DNA from: a virus
Taxonomy: Duplodnaviria; Caudoviricetes
Strand: one strand, 5' to 3'
IMG/VR virus record: IMGVR_UViG_3300037601_000088
Location: 32,001 to 96,000 of that record
DNA: 64,000 nucleotides
The notes below the pieces were generated by a model. It did no database searches. It worked only from the letters and a program-made list of their open reading frames with translations, and was not told the origin of the DNA. Of this stretch, positions 1-10,447 are shown in pieces. The position numbers and the translations under genes were made by a program. Position 1 is the first letter of the stretch. Each line of letters starts with the position of its first letter.

Positions 1-7
1 TTTGTTA

Positions 8-403
8 TTATTTATCTTTCGTTTTAGGCACTGTGACAATAAACACAGCAAAAAAAGCAGGCCATATTGTCCATCTGTTTTCTTTTAATCTTGCTGAGAG
101 AGCTCTTCTGAATTCACCAGCAGAAACGAGTTTATCTGCGCCGGTTTCTAAAAACCAGTCATGAACACAAGATGCCAGAACAAATGCTTGATTACTCCTG
201 GCCCAATTAAACAAAGGAATAAAAAATGGGAATACCCAATATGCCCATTTTGGAATTGTTACCTCAAATACAAAATCTTTTGGAATGGTTACTGAAGGGC
301 CATTAAGAAATCCCATATGCCATACTAAATCATCATCAAGTTTGTATGTTGATGATATATCTGGTACTTCGCTATATGATTCAAAACTTGTATATTTTGA
401 CAT
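8..403 (-). CDS. DUF1353-like phage protein
   Basis: V-x-I-P-x-x-F..IP..A-S-x-x-H-D-W pattern; lies downstream of the tail-fibre cassette. Confidence 0.6.
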   Translation of the reverse strand: MSKYTSFESYSEVPDISSTYKLDDDLVWHMGFLNGPSVTIPKDFVFEVTIPKWAYWVFPFFIPLFNWARSNQAFVLASCVHDWFLETGADKLVSAGEFRRALSARLKENRWTIWPAFFAVFIVTVPKTKDK

Positions 404-451
404 TCTTAATTTCCTTCCAACTTTTTATGAATGTGACAGCACAAAATTCAC

Positions 452-1231
452 TCATGACGGTGGAACTATGCTTGTGCTTACGTTTCCGACTGGGACCGTG
501 CTTATCCAGTTGTTACCGTTTCCAGAGATATCGAGGCCCAAGTTACCAGAGTTTGCAAAGTCAAGGTGATACCCCATCGTTCCATACGTACCGTTGTAGC
601 GCTCCGGCACCCACACACCTCCTCTTGTCCTGCCAAATTGGTTAGCATCCAATGTCTGGCCATCAACGAAAATCATTTCTGCCAGATACGAAAGCGCAGG
701 ATCGGTGATGGTTCCGCCATTAGAGTTCCAACGGTTCCCAATCATGACGTAAGGAACATTACTATTGATTTCTGTATTTTCGCTTTGATTTAAAAGCCGG
801 TCAGTTGTAGTTGTGGCAACTTGTACTCCGTCTTTATAAAACCGCAGTCTTTCTGAAGCTGTAGCGTTATTAGTATCAGCGGCGACCACCCAATGATACC
901 AAATATCGTTTACTATCGCAGGCGTATAAATTTGACTAACGCTTACGCTATTATGCTTCCCGAAATAAGCGAACCTGTTGGCACCCCCGTTGCCCATCAT
1001 AATACGGTCGCGCCACGCGTTGCTAAACTCATAACTGAGTATAGTATTAGGCACCCCGGTGAATGCAGTTCGCCTAGCCCAAAAACTAAATGTCCAGTTT
1101 CTTCTATCCCCAGCAGGGATAGTAGCTGTCCTGTACAGATAATATGACACACTGTTAAACAGTACGGACTGCTTGATTTTGTAGATGCTTTTGCCGCCAC
1201 CAAACCCAGTAAGTTGATTAACTCTAAGCAT
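452..1231 (-). CDS. LamG/concanavalin-A-like tail-associated (receptor-binding) protein
   Basis: WTFSFW, WYHWVVAxDT, RLRFYKDG and C-terminal LGLDISGNGNNW motifs; start moved to MLRVNQLTGFG (ATG 1231), which overlaps the upstream stop. Confidence 0.7.
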   Translation of the reverse strand: MLRVNQLTGFGGGKSIYKIKQSVLFNSVSYYLYRTATIPAGDRRNWTFSFWARRTAFTGVPNTILSYEFSNAWRDRIMMGNGGANRFAYFGKHNSVSVSQIYTPAIVNDIWYHWVVAADTNNATASERLRFYKDGVQVATTTTDRLLNQSENTEINSNVPYVMIGNRWNSNGGTITDPALSYLAEMIFVDGQTLDANQFGRTRGGVWVPERYNGTYGTMGYHLDFANSGNLGLDISGNGNNWISTVPVGNVSTSIVPPS

Positions 1232-1796
1232 TAGTTTGGTCCGGGTCTGGCCATCTTGGATCATTGCGGAAGTCTTCAGCAATGACTGGATCATTGTCCT
1301 TCATATCAAAGCTCACAGCGTAGACCGCTTGAACGTAAGCCGCGCCTTTCGCCCACATCTCAATAAGCTGTGCATCGTTCAAGGTGTGCATTACGTTGTT
1401 ACCATCACGGAACTGCGTCGATGCACTAGGTGCTTGCTGAAGTTGCCGGAGCACTGCGCCGTCTTTCAAACCAGCAATATTGTCTTTATCCTTGGCGCGA
1501 CCCTGGACATAGATCGGAGCCGTAATGCCAGTCACGTTGATTGTTACGCCGTTTTCGATTAGTTGCTCGGCATAGGCCGTAACATCGTCCGTCGTAGGAG
1601 GGGGAGGCGGAGAAACATAAACATTTTCAACAGCCTCATCGGATATAATGGTCCAACCGGCATCGGCTTCAACTTCAGTCGTAGCGGAAGTACCTACAGG
1701 ATACCATTCGACATTTTTGTGTGGGATGTGTGGGGGGCGTTCAGGCAGCCTACGGGTACTTTGAAACTCACCGTTAATGAAGAGTGCGTACATCAT
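1224..1796 (-). CDS. DUF4376-like tail fibre assembly/accessory protein
   Basis: FRDGNNVMHTL..L..M pattern and C-terminal WP; ATG 1796 lies just after the upstream stop. Confidence 0.55.
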   Translation of the reverse strand: MMYALFINGEFQSTRRLPERPPHIPHKNVEWYPVGTSATTEVEADAGWTIISDEAVENVYVSPPPPPTTDDVTAYAEQLIENGVTINVTGITAPIYVQGRAKDKDNIAGLKDGAVLRQLQQAPSASTQFRDGNNVMHTLNDAQLIEMWAKGAAYVQAVYAVSFDMKDNDPVIAEDFRNDPRWPDPDQTNA

Positions 1797-1797
1797 A

Positions 1798-2649
1798 TCA
1801 GTCATCCGTTGCTGCGTTGGTGGTGTAGCGGATTTCGACGCCAAGCATTAATGCATCAGTAGCCAAAGTATCAGCTACACCGATTGGATATCTGTACAAA
1901 AGCAACATGAGCAGCTCGTCGCTGTCACCGGATGCGAGCGTCGGTGTAGCCCAAGGTGACATATGTATATCGTTAGCAGCAATCAGTGTGTCTGTGGAAG
2001 TGGCGTCTGCCTCTCTCGCTGTAACTGGGTCATCGTCAGCAAAACTTCTTCCACCCAACCACCATTCGACACCGCCCGATCCACTGGTTGCAGTCCAAAT
2101 AACTCGATACTCAAAAGGTGCCCCGTCCCATGACTTCGGCATTTTAACGGTCGCCCAACTGTACTCAGTAACAGTTGGATCAAACGCCAGTACAGGCGTC
2201 TCGAATGCACTTGCCACATTAGGCACTGACACCTCTGGGACAGGATTTGCTTCACCAAGTGCCCAAGCCCCAGCAGGTAGCCAGATCGTGTGCTTGCCAG
2301 TAACATTTGATAGTTCTAATTTATTTCCTAAATTTGTCTCAAGATCAGTAATTTTTGACTGTGCTAAAGTTGGAATTCTATCAGCATTAAAAGTGCCACT
2401 GGTAATTTTAGATGCAGCCAGACTGGGAATTCGGGCTGTAGCCAATGTACCTGCATTAATATCGTCAGCATTATGTGTATGAGATGTATTAGCTTTACCA
2501 CTAATATCACTGGTATGACCATCGGTTGTTACCTTAAGCGCATCCAATACAGTCGTTAAATCAAGACCAGTAAAATCACTAGCATTTGTGATATTGCTTG
2601 TAGAAAGATCTAATGGAAGAACTGGATTATTGCCAATATATTTTGTCAT
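1798..2649 (-). CDS. tail fibre protein with internal repeats and a beta-rich C-terminal domain
   Basis: KANTSHTH followed by repeats ADDINAGTLATARIPSL / AASKITSGTFNADRIPTL / AQSKITDL. Confidence 0.7.
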   Translation of the reverse strand: MTKYIGNNPVLPLDLSTSNITNASDFTGLDLTTVLDALKVTTDGHTSDISGKANTSHTHNADDINAGTLATARIPSLAASKITSGTFNADRIPTLAQSKITDLETNLGNKLELSNVTGKHTIWLPAGAWALGEANPVPEVSVPNVASAFETPVLAFDPTVTEYSWATVKMPKSWDGAPFEYRVIWTATSGSGGVEWWLGGRSFADDDPVTAREADATSTDTLIAANDIHMSPWATPTLASGDSDELLMLLLYRYPIGVADTLATDALMLGVEIRYTTNAATDD

Positions 2650-3113
2650 TAGAAGATCACCGCATAAACGATTGCTTGTTCAGTTGCTTCTTGAAGGGTT
2701 GCAAATCCTAGGCTATTCTTCATTCCAGTAATATCATTTTTTGTAACAGTATTTCCTGACATTGTTAAAAATTCTGTGGTTGTGTTTGACGATGCTGCGG
2801 CTGCAGTATAACTTATTGAATTAGCAACAACATTTTCTGCATTTAATGTGTCGGAAAATGTAGCATTAACTGAAAATGTTGTATTACTTGCAAATACTAT
2901 TGGCTGAGTATTACCAAATTCACCGCCATAAATCACATCAACATATAGGTCATTAATTGTCATTGTTCCATCAATGACAGTATTTCCTGATACCGTATTA
3001 GCATCTACGGTAACTATATTATTTTTTAGGGCGTCAAGAAGCTGGTTTGTTCTTGTGATTAATGTAGTAAAAGTATCTGTTGATATATCTACATTTGCGT
3101 AATTAAGACTCAT
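2649..3113 (-). CDS. virion structural protein (fibre/baseplate connector-like)
   Basis: N-terminal TDTFxxxxxRTN motif typical of T4-like fibre anchors; position in the structural operon. Confidence 0.5.
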   Translation of the reverse strand: MSLNYANVDISTDTFTTLITRTNQLLDALKNNIVTVDANTVSGNTVIDGTMTINDLYVDVIYGGEFGNTQPIVFASNTTFSVNATFSDTLNAENVVANSISYTAAAASSNTTTEFLTMSGNTVTKNDITGMKNSLGFATLQEATEQAIVYAVIF

Positions 3114-3291
3114 TAACCAGTTTTTCCAGTTTTTCTATTCTTTTTAAGGCTTTATTATATTTATCATTTAATTCTTTGATTTTTAGATCTAAAAATCTAT
3201 CTCTTTTTTTACGAGCTTTATAAAGCTTAAGAGAATTTTTATCGTTATTTAAAAGAGTCCCCTCTTTTTCTTTAATTAAACCTGTAGACAT
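3103..3291 (-). CDS. small basic coiled-coil hypothetical protein
   Basis: Overlaps the genes on both sides; typical position after the VrlC-like gene. Confidence 0.55.
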   Translation of the reverse strand: MSTGLIKEKEGTLLNNDKNSLKLYKARKKRDRFLDLKIKELNDKYNKALKRIEKLEKLVNES

Positions 3292-6200
3292 ATTGCTCTA
3301 GCATCTGTTAATCTTGGAACAATGAGTTTACTTTCAGAAAGAAGGACTACTTTAACCATAAATGATTTAAATCCGACAAAAATCCCGTCAGAAGTATCTT
3401 GATATTCTATGATATTAAAATTATTTTCATTTAAGAAAGCGCCATTCGTGACAGGGGCAGTTGAAGGAACACCATATACAAATTCTCTGAAGTCTTGAGG
3501 ATTCGCAGTAGAACTGAAAAGTGTTTCGCCTGAAGTATAGTTTAGTTTTGTCCATACTTTATCATCAATAGATTCACCATCTTCACCATTTAGAAATTTA
3601 ACATAAACCTCTATTTCTGTTGTAGGCGGTTTATATCCTCCGATATAAATTTGAATATCTTCAGCATCCTGACCGTCTTTAAGAGTTATTTGCGGAGAAA
3701 TATATTTGGTTAATGCATTACCATAGCGAGTATGTTCGTTTGTATTATCGTTATTAATAATATTTTCAATATGATATGAAGATTTACGAACCATATCAAT
3801 CATAGGTGAAACGTAATCATTTCCTGTATTTAAATCAATTTTATATGTTGATGATTTATTTCCAGACATTTCTGTCTCTTCATTTGACTTTGAGACAGCA
3901 ATTCTCATTTTATCGAAGAATTCATTTTCAGTTTCTTCTGTAACAGTTTCAAATGTTCCATCGATATTATATGAAGTATCAGTTCCCTTAAATCCAAAAG
4001 TTAATGAGGTAAATGAAGGAGAAAGTGTTGCAAACCTAGGAACAACCATAGAATATTGCTCATTATCAACGCTATCAATTGTCGCTGTTGCTACAAGAGT
4101 ATTTGCATTGATTACACTCTGGTTATTCATGAAAGGTCTATGAATTTGAATATCATCATTTGCGCTAAATCCGCCTGAAGACAAATCAAGTATAAGTTTA
4201 TCATTTGCGTCATCAACTAATTGAATATAACCAACTGGATCGGTATTTCCTGTTTGAGCTACCGCAGTTGAATTTGCAGTATAAACAATATCACCTGGGA
4301 GAGGGGAAATAGAGGAATTTGCTCTATTAATCCCGTCAACAGTGAAATAATCATCATCTTCGTTTTCGAAGTAGGCAGAACCAGTTCCAGTCGTAAAGAC
4401 TGCGCGATAGATATTAACTTTAGGATCTTCAGTCTGAATTGGTGTATATGTCATTTCATTTGCAGAAATAAAGGTTACACCCATGTAAGGATTTGAGAAA
4501 ACTTGTTGGCCTGTATTAATATCATTTTGCCCAATAGCACTCATCCAAATTGTATAGTTTGGAGAGTTACCGTCTGGCTTTACCTGATAACAATAATATT
4601 TGTTTGAAGCTAAAGGAACAATATTTTCAAAAGTAAAGATTGTTTCTACACTTGCATCTGTGGAAGTATTAATATCAGAGGCTTTTAAATGAGCCTTTGC
4701 TATAATTTTAGAACTATCTGGGAAATTATAGCTCATTTCCATAAGATAAACATTCATTCCAAGAGTTTCATCTTTATCTCTAAAATAAAGACCAATTTGA
4801 GGAATAAATAGAGTAGGAGATCCAGGCGAAACGGTTAAGAATGAATGAGCTAAGGGGTCACGACCGCCTTCATCCCCCGAATCTTCGTTTTGAATATTGA
4901 AATTATTTTGTGGCGGCGGAAACCATGTTGTTGTAGATCTAGAGTTAATACTAGTTGTTGTATTTGTCTCAATATTAGTTGCGGTTGAAATTGATGGCTC
5001 ACGTGTTGTGATATCAATATTCTGTGAAGTAACAGCTAAATTAGATGCGGTATAAATGGCCTTGGCTGACGATGTGGCCGCTTCTGGAGAAGTTACAATG
5101 TTATCCACGTTGGCGATAATAAATTCTCTGTCACCCACTCTGAATTCATTCTGAGGGATTCTAAATACACCATAAACATTACCGCTGGCATCAGATACAA
5201 TATCATCCCCGTAATCTCCTGTACGATTAATTATTTGATTTTCTTGGCCTTGAAGAAAATCATTTTGCCCTGACAATTCTCCAGGTGCTGAATGTTCAGA
5301 AACATTTACCTTATCGAAGAAAGTATAATATCTTGAATTTGGTTTTAAGCCGGTAACAGCAAAAGCAATAACGCGGCTACGAATATAAGGGTTTGAACTT
5401 ACGTCTTTTACGAAAGAACCTAGATTATATTCTCTGGAAGTTACATCAACCTGAAGGCCTTGATTTGTTCTTTGCTGTGTTGACGTAGTTCTAGTCGTAG
5501 TGGTTGTAGTTATACCCGCTCCAAAGTTATTAGTATTTCTTCCAATAACATCTGTCTGAGAAGCGGTTGTTCTCCAATCACCGAATGTCATAGCAAATGG
5601 TGTTTGTGCGAACTCTTCCCATGGGGTTGCCATATCAAGCTCAATATTAACGGCTGGGATTAGTTCTTCATCCCTGTGATGATCGAATTCAGGATAGAGA
5701 TTTAATTGACCATGCCATTTCCAAAAACTTTCAGTACAATTTCTTATTTTTGTTGCATAGGGCTGGGATGCCATAACAGCCGTTGTATAAGGCCGTGTAA
5801 TAATTGATCCAGTAACTTGAACACCAGAAGATAAACTTGTGCTATACTTATAATCTATTGTGTGTTTATCGAAAAATGGTCTTGCAACCGCATTAGTTTC
5901 ATCGATTGCTATTTTATATTCTACATCATTAACTCTACCAAGATTATGAGAAATAAAAGGATTAGCAAAAATACCACTTTTAAAGCGATCTAATCCGTTT
6001 TCATCCGGTATAGATAAATCTTTTGCGGATTGTTCTAATAAGTTAAGAGATGAATTATATTCAAGGGATGTAATTCTTCTATCAAGAACACCAATATCTC
6101 TCATGGTATATCCACGAGTTTTAAAGAGTTCTATTTTAGTTTTTATATCATTTCTTTTGTATGCTTCGCCTTCTCTTGTAGAAAGGGAAGGATAACCAGG

Positions 6201-9017
6201 AACCTGTACAGATGCAATTGTTAAAGAGTCTGGTGCTTTAATTGGTGTTCTTGGATTTTGTGAAGGAACACCTTGAGTAACATTAACATCGCCTTCTTTA
6301 GTTATTGATATTAAATCAATTCTAGGAAGATAGTATTCAACATCTGCCTGGAAATTTGTATCAGGCTCTACAAGATAGCTGCCTGTTCCAGTTATAATAA
6401 AGCTAGAATTTGCGATTGATGGGTTTACTGTAGCATTTGCAATTGATGTAGCACTATTCGCTGTATTGATTTTTTGCGGTCTAAAATCAACAAGATCCCT
6501 TACATCCTGCCCATTTAATGTTGGTATTTCACCAATTTCAATGTTTGTAGAATTTGAAGTATCTTCTGGGCCACGAATTGGGTAAGAATCAACGCTAAAG
6601 AAACCTATACCGGCGGCAGTGCTCGCCTCAAAATGATTCAATTTAACAAGAATTCTGGTGGACGACGTTATTTTATCCGCATAGATAGGATTTATAATTA
6701 GTTTTGCATGGCCATATTGTGTTGTGGTTTGTCCTGAATCAAGAATAAACCAAGACTTTCTGTCAGGATTTGTTTCAAGGTAATCAGTTCCAACATAAAC
6801 AGCGCTAAGTTTCGTAACGTCTGCAATGCCAAGATTGTACGGTCCAGTCGTACCAGCAGTAGAGCAATCAATTTTAACATATCTATCTTTCCTGATATTT
6901 TTTGTTTTTGCTGTAGCTTGAGTTCTAAGAACAGGATATGTTGCATAAACAGATTGTGTTCCTGAATCAAAAACATCAACATCGGTATCGACAGTAAATT
7001 GAGTATTACTTAAAACTTCAACTGTATTATTGGCGTTAGTTAAATCAAATATGTGACCCTGTGGGAAATATCTTTGATAAGTTACTGAAGAACCAGTTGT
7101 ATTTGCATTAACTGAAAGAGATGTACTATTTGCTATTGCTGTAATTCTACGAACATCTGCCGTTGAAGGAATACGTATATAATCACCGGCAGAAAAATCT
7201 GTATCAAAGGAAGTACCAGAACCAGTTGCAGTATTTCCTGAAAAAGTAATTGTTCCTGCCTGATTTGCGGAATATGCTTCCTGTGATAAAGCAATATCAT
7301 AACGAAGTTCATTAACTTCTGATAATACACCAACAGAATTATTTAGTCTATGAGAACCACCTGCATGAGGAGTATTAATTGTAACAGTTATTTGGCCATT
7401 AGCAGTTAAAGTAGCAGTTGTTCTATCTCTATAAACAAATTGAGTATCATTGACTCCGTTTAAATCAGTTAATCTTTTAATGCTTGTTAAGCCAGTGTCA
7501 AAAATTAATGAATTTAAAGAAGTATCCTTTAAGACAGCTTTGCTATTTTCTAATACTATATCAGCCTTAGCATGGCCGAAATCACCATTTTTGTAGATGG
7601 ATTTAACATCCTGGCTGAATGATTTACCAGAATTCATTTTAATATTAAAAAGATATAAGCGATATGTACAATCAGGAGTACCCTTAGTGCCTGAACTATA
7701 AATTATAGCTCTAACGTTTGCAGTACCTACGATTGATCCTGAAGGGGCTGCACCAGAACCTTCAACTTCCGATAAACAATTTTGGGCAGCATCATAAAGA
7801 TTAACTTCTCCAAAATCATCTGCATCAAAAGTACCAGCAACCTCATTCACGAATACATAATTACCGTAATTTGCCGTAACGATTTGTGCCTGAGATTCAG
7901 CAGTTTGTGTGGCGCGCGGTACTTCTACATCTTTAGTAGAAAGAAATTCTACTCTGTTTCCTTTAATATATGCAATACCAGAACCGACTTGATAAGTTAG
8001 TAATTCATTATTGGCATTTACTAGTGTTTCGACTGGGAAAGGCTTTTTTGTATAATCGCCAGACTCTTCAAATGTTCTTTTATTAATTTCATCACCGAGA
8101 CGATCATATGAAGCATCATTATGTTGTTCAACAACAGTGAAATCATTAAATTCTGCTACAGCAAAGAAAGAAGAATCTGCTGGAAGAGTTGTTCTATCAT
8201 AAGCTTTTAGAACTGGAGTTAATTTAAGCCTATCAGCTCCTGGAGCAGTGTTGTTTGGTTGGCCATTACTATTATCATATAGTTTTTCATCCTGAAGTGC
8301 AGTGATAATATCTTCATCTGTTTCAAACCCAATTATATAATTGGTTGTATTTGCATCATATTTTTTAACAACAGCGGTTTGTCTATCAACATTAATGTAA
8401 AAACCTTTCTGATAGATAATACCATCAGAACAAGTAACAGTATAACCACCACCTGTTGTTGAAGTTTCGGCGTTGGCAGTATAAGCAGATATTGTATCTA
8501 CTACATTATTAGCATCAAGAGTACCAAGTTTTGATTGATTATTACTATAAAGAGTAAGTGTTTCACCTGATATAAATTCGGTTATTTCATTGTTCGCTTC
8601 ATCATAACCAGACGAAATATAATTTACATAAACAACATTCGTATCAGGATATGTTGATTCATAACCTTTAACATTGAGAACTGGAACAGCTCTGACACCA
8701 TTATTAGATACGAGGATTGTATCTTCGCCAATTATATCTATTGTTGCTACTGTATTCGAATCAAACGTATTGTCTAAGCGAACAAATCTTTGATTTGAAT
8801 TATATGTAAGAGCAACACCATCAACAACAGAACCATCTTTAAATATATGGTCTGATATCTTACCTATTTGATTTTGAGAAATAGATTGTATTTCATTTAA
8901 TTCTCTTGTCTGTACAGAAACAGATGGTTTAAATAAAACTTTATTATAGTTATTCTCATCATCAAAGTCATTATAATAAGGAGACTGAGAAAGATCTGTT
9001 GTTAATTTAGTTGTCAT
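3276..9017 (-). CDS. VrlC-like (DUF4815) large virion/baseplate structural protein
   Basis: SPYYNDFD..VLFKP..VQTRELNEIQS, APGADRLK, RTFEESGDY and DRFKSGIF motifs; 1913 aa. Confidence 0.85.
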   Translation of the reverse strand: MTTKLTTDLSQSPYYNDFDDENNYNKVLFKPSVSVQTRELNEIQSISQNQIGKISDHIFKDGSVVDGVALTYNSNQRFVRLDNTFDSNTVATIDIIGEDTILVSNNGVRAVPVLNVKGYESTYPDTNVVYVNYISSGYDEANNEITEFISGETLTLYSNNQSKLGTLDANNVVDTISAYTANAETSTTGGGYTVTCSDGIIYQKGFYINVDRQTAVVKKYDANTTNYIIGFETDEDIITALQDEKLYDNSNGQPNNTAPGADRLKLTPVLKAYDRTTLPADSSFFAVAEFNDFTVVEQHNDASYDRLGDEINKRTFEESGDYTKKPFPVETLVNANNELLTYQVGSGIAYIKGNRVEFLSTKDVEVPRATQTAESQAQIVTANYGNYVFVNEVAGTFDADDFGEVNLYDAAQNCLSEVEGSGAAPSGSIVGTANVRAIIYSSGTKGTPDCTYRLYLFNIKMNSGKSFSQDVKSIYKNGDFGHAKADIVLENSKAVLKDTSLNSLIFDTGLTSIKRLTDLNGVNDTQFVYRDRTTATLTANGQITVTINTPHAGGSHRLNNSVGVLSEVNELRYDIALSQEAYSANQAGTITFSGNTATGSGTSFDTDFSAGDYIRIPSTADVRRITAIANSTSLSVNANTTGSSVTYQRYFPQGHIFDLTNANNTVEVLSNTQFTVDTDVDVFDSGTQSVYATYPVLRTQATAKTKNIRKDRYVKIDCSTAGTTGPYNLGIADVTKLSAVYVGTDYLETNPDRKSWFILDSGQTTTQYGHAKLIINPIYADKITSSTRILVKLNHFEASTAAGIGFFSVDSYPIRGPEDTSNSTNIEIGEIPTLNGQDVRDLVDFRPQKINTANSATSIANATVNPSIANSSFIITGTGSYLVEPDTNFQADVEYYLPRIDLISITKEGDVNVTQGVPSQNPRTPIKAPDSLTIASVQVPGYPSLSTREGEAYKRNDIKTKIELFKTRGYTMRDIGVLDRRITSLEYNSSLNLLEQSAKDLSIPDENGLDRFKSGIFANPFISHNLGRVNDVEYKIAIDETNAVARPFFDKHTIDYKYSTSLSSGVQVTGSIITRPYTTAVMASQPYATKIRNCTESFWKWHGQLNLYPEFDHHRDEELIPAVNIELDMATPWEEFAQTPFAMTFGDWRTTASQTDVIGRNTNNFGAGITTTTTTRTTSTQQRTNQGLQVDVTSREYNLGSFVKDVSSNPYIRSRVIAFAVTGLKPNSRYYTFFDKVNVSEHSAPGELSGQNDFLQGQENQIINRTGDYGDDIVSDASGNVYGVFRIPQNEFRVGDREFIIANVDNIVTSPEAATSSAKAIYTASNLAVTSQNIDITTREPSISTATNIETNTTTSINSRSTTTWFPPPQNNFNIQNEDSGDEGGRDPLAHSFLTVSPGSPTLFIPQIGLYFRDKDETLGMNVYLMEMSYNFPDSSKIIAKAHLKASDINTSTDASVETIFTFENIVPLASNKYYCYQVKPDGNSPNYTIWMSAIGQNDINTGQQVFSNPYMGVTFISANEMTYTPIQTEDPKVNIYRAVFTTGTGSAYFENEDDDYFTVDGINRANSSISPLPGDIVYTANSTAVAQTGNTDPVGYIQLVDDANDKLILDLSSGGFSANDDIQIHRPFMNNQSVINANTLVATATIDSVDNEQYSMVVPRFATLSPSFTSLTFGFKGTDTSYNIDGTFETVTEETENEFFDKMRIAVSKSNEETEMSGNKSSTYKIDLNTGNDYVSPMIDMVRKSSYHIENIINNDNTNEHTRYGNALTKYISPQITLKDGQDAEDIQIYIGGYKPPTTEIEVYVKFLNGEDGESIDDKVWTKLNYTSGETLFSSTANPQDFREFVYGVPSTAPVTNGAFLNENNFNIIEYQDTSDGIFVGFKSFMVKVVLLSESKLIVPRLTDARAICLQV

Positions 9018-10434
9018 CTTGACCGTTAAGTATTAGTTTAAAACTTTCTAATGTATAAAGACTGCGATCAATTCCATTTTCATGTTTTACTGAATAAAGT
9101 ATTGTTCCGGAACTAACTTCTACATCACTGTCTTGTATAATATTTATAGTAGAAGAAACGTTACTTTCATTTGTTATTGTTTCGCCATTTGAAAAAGTAC
9201 CGACTGTATCATTTACAGCTATATGAGTAGAATTTGAGTAATATACATATGCAGTTGCATTCGACGTTCCACCGGTGATGTGATCATCGACAGAATATGT
9301 ATTAGAAACGCCTAAAAGAATTCCATAGTTAGCTGTATTTTGTTGGCTGCTATCGGTATTTGCCCCGTAGACCAAATGTGTGGAATAGTAATCAAGATCA
9401 TTTGGTAATAAATCTGATACTGTATTTGCAAATTCAACAACAATAACAGAAGTATTGCTATTCAATTCTTGAGAAACATTAACACCATGTCCTGATCTAG
9501 GAGCATTTTTTATATCAAAGGCTGTATTTGCCCCAGTATTATTTGCTGTTGTTATTGTTATTGATGGATTAATATAGCCTGAACCTGTATTTGCTACAAC
9601 AATTTCATCAATTTCATTATTTGAATTAACTGTAGTATAACCCTCAAAACCAGTTCCTTCCCTATCAGAGATAGTTACTTTAGGGCCAATAATATATTCG
9701 CTATCTGTAGATACAGATACATTTGAAGAAAATTCAATGTATTTGCCAGTTGTGTTTGCGAAATGATTATCGATTGATCTTATAAGGCCTAATCCTGTTC
9801 CATTAGTCACATTAAATGAAGATCCATTATAATAATCAGCAGTATTTGAGGCGCTATCATCTAATTTTAAAATTCTATTACTTATAACTTGTTTAATCGT
9901 TCCAGTATTATATGCTAAAAAGTTTGAACCCCCATCAACAACATCTATATGATCAATAGATCCTGAAACAGTATTTGATACAACATTTGCATTATTTTTA
10001 ACTGGAATATATTCATCAGTAGCAAATTTTAAAAGATCTGCGCTTGTAACAGTAAACATATATTTCCAGACATAACCATCAGATGTTTGGAAAGGTGTAT
10101 TTGAAACTCCAGTTGGTTGAACTGTGCTTTCAACTCCATTATTATTTGAAATACATAAGTAAACTTGTCTTGACGAATTAATTACATGAAAATCATTATT
10201 ATCTTTATTTTTATAATTATTATAAACTGTTCCAGAAGTCCAATTATTTCTTTTTACAACTGGGTAATAATCTTCTTCTTTGACTTTTTTACCAAAAATG
10301 AAATTTCTTTTTGTTAAATCATCTGACCTATTATTGGCAAAATCTTTATGATCACCGATAACAACGTGTAAATGTTCTAAACCAGTATTACTGGAGACAA
10401 TCATATCAGTTAAAAGTTGTGGTATGTATTTCAT
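9007..10434 (-). CDS. gp8: baseplate wedge subunit gp8-like
   Basis: RNNWTSGTVY, VYLCISNN and TSDGYVWKYMF motifs; follows gp6-gp7. Confidence 0.85.
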   Translation of the reverse strand: MKYIPQLLTDMIVSSNTGLEHLHVVIGDHKDFANNRSDDLTKRNFIFGKKVKEEDYYPVVKRNNWTSGTVYNNYKNKDNNDFHVINSSRQVYLCISNNNGVESTVQPTGVSNTPFQTSDGYVWKYMFTVTSADLLKFATDEYIPVKNNANVVSNTVSGSIDHIDVVDGGSNFLAYNTGTIKQVISNRILKLDDSASNTADYYNGSSFNVTNGTGLGLIRSIDNHFANTTGKYIEFSSNVSVSTDSEYIIGPKVTISDREGTGFEGYTTVNSNNEIDEIVVANTGSGYINPSITITTANNTGANTAFDIKNAPRSGHGVNVSQELNSNTSVIVVEFANTVSDLLPNDLDYYSTHLVYGANTDSSQQNTANYGILLGVSNTYSVDDHITGGTSNATAYVYYSNSTHIAVNDTVGTFSNGETITNESNVSSTINIIQDSDVEVSSGTILYSVKHENGIDRSLYTLESFKLILNGQDDN

Positions 10435-10439
10435 TAAAA

Positions 10440-10447
10440 TATTTATA
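10440..10447 (-). promoter_or_regulatory. T4-type late promoter TATAAATA
   Basis: Exact box, 5 nt before the gp8 ATG. Confidence 0.7.

Noticed and set aside
285-2482. Several plus-strand ORFs (for example 1236..1562, 1907..2482)
   Set aside because: Antisense shadows of GC-rich tail genes, with no RBS or motifs
452-2649. Possible diversity-generating retroelement or invertible fibre cassette
   Set aside because: No reverse transcriptase, template/variable repeat pair or invertase seen in the window
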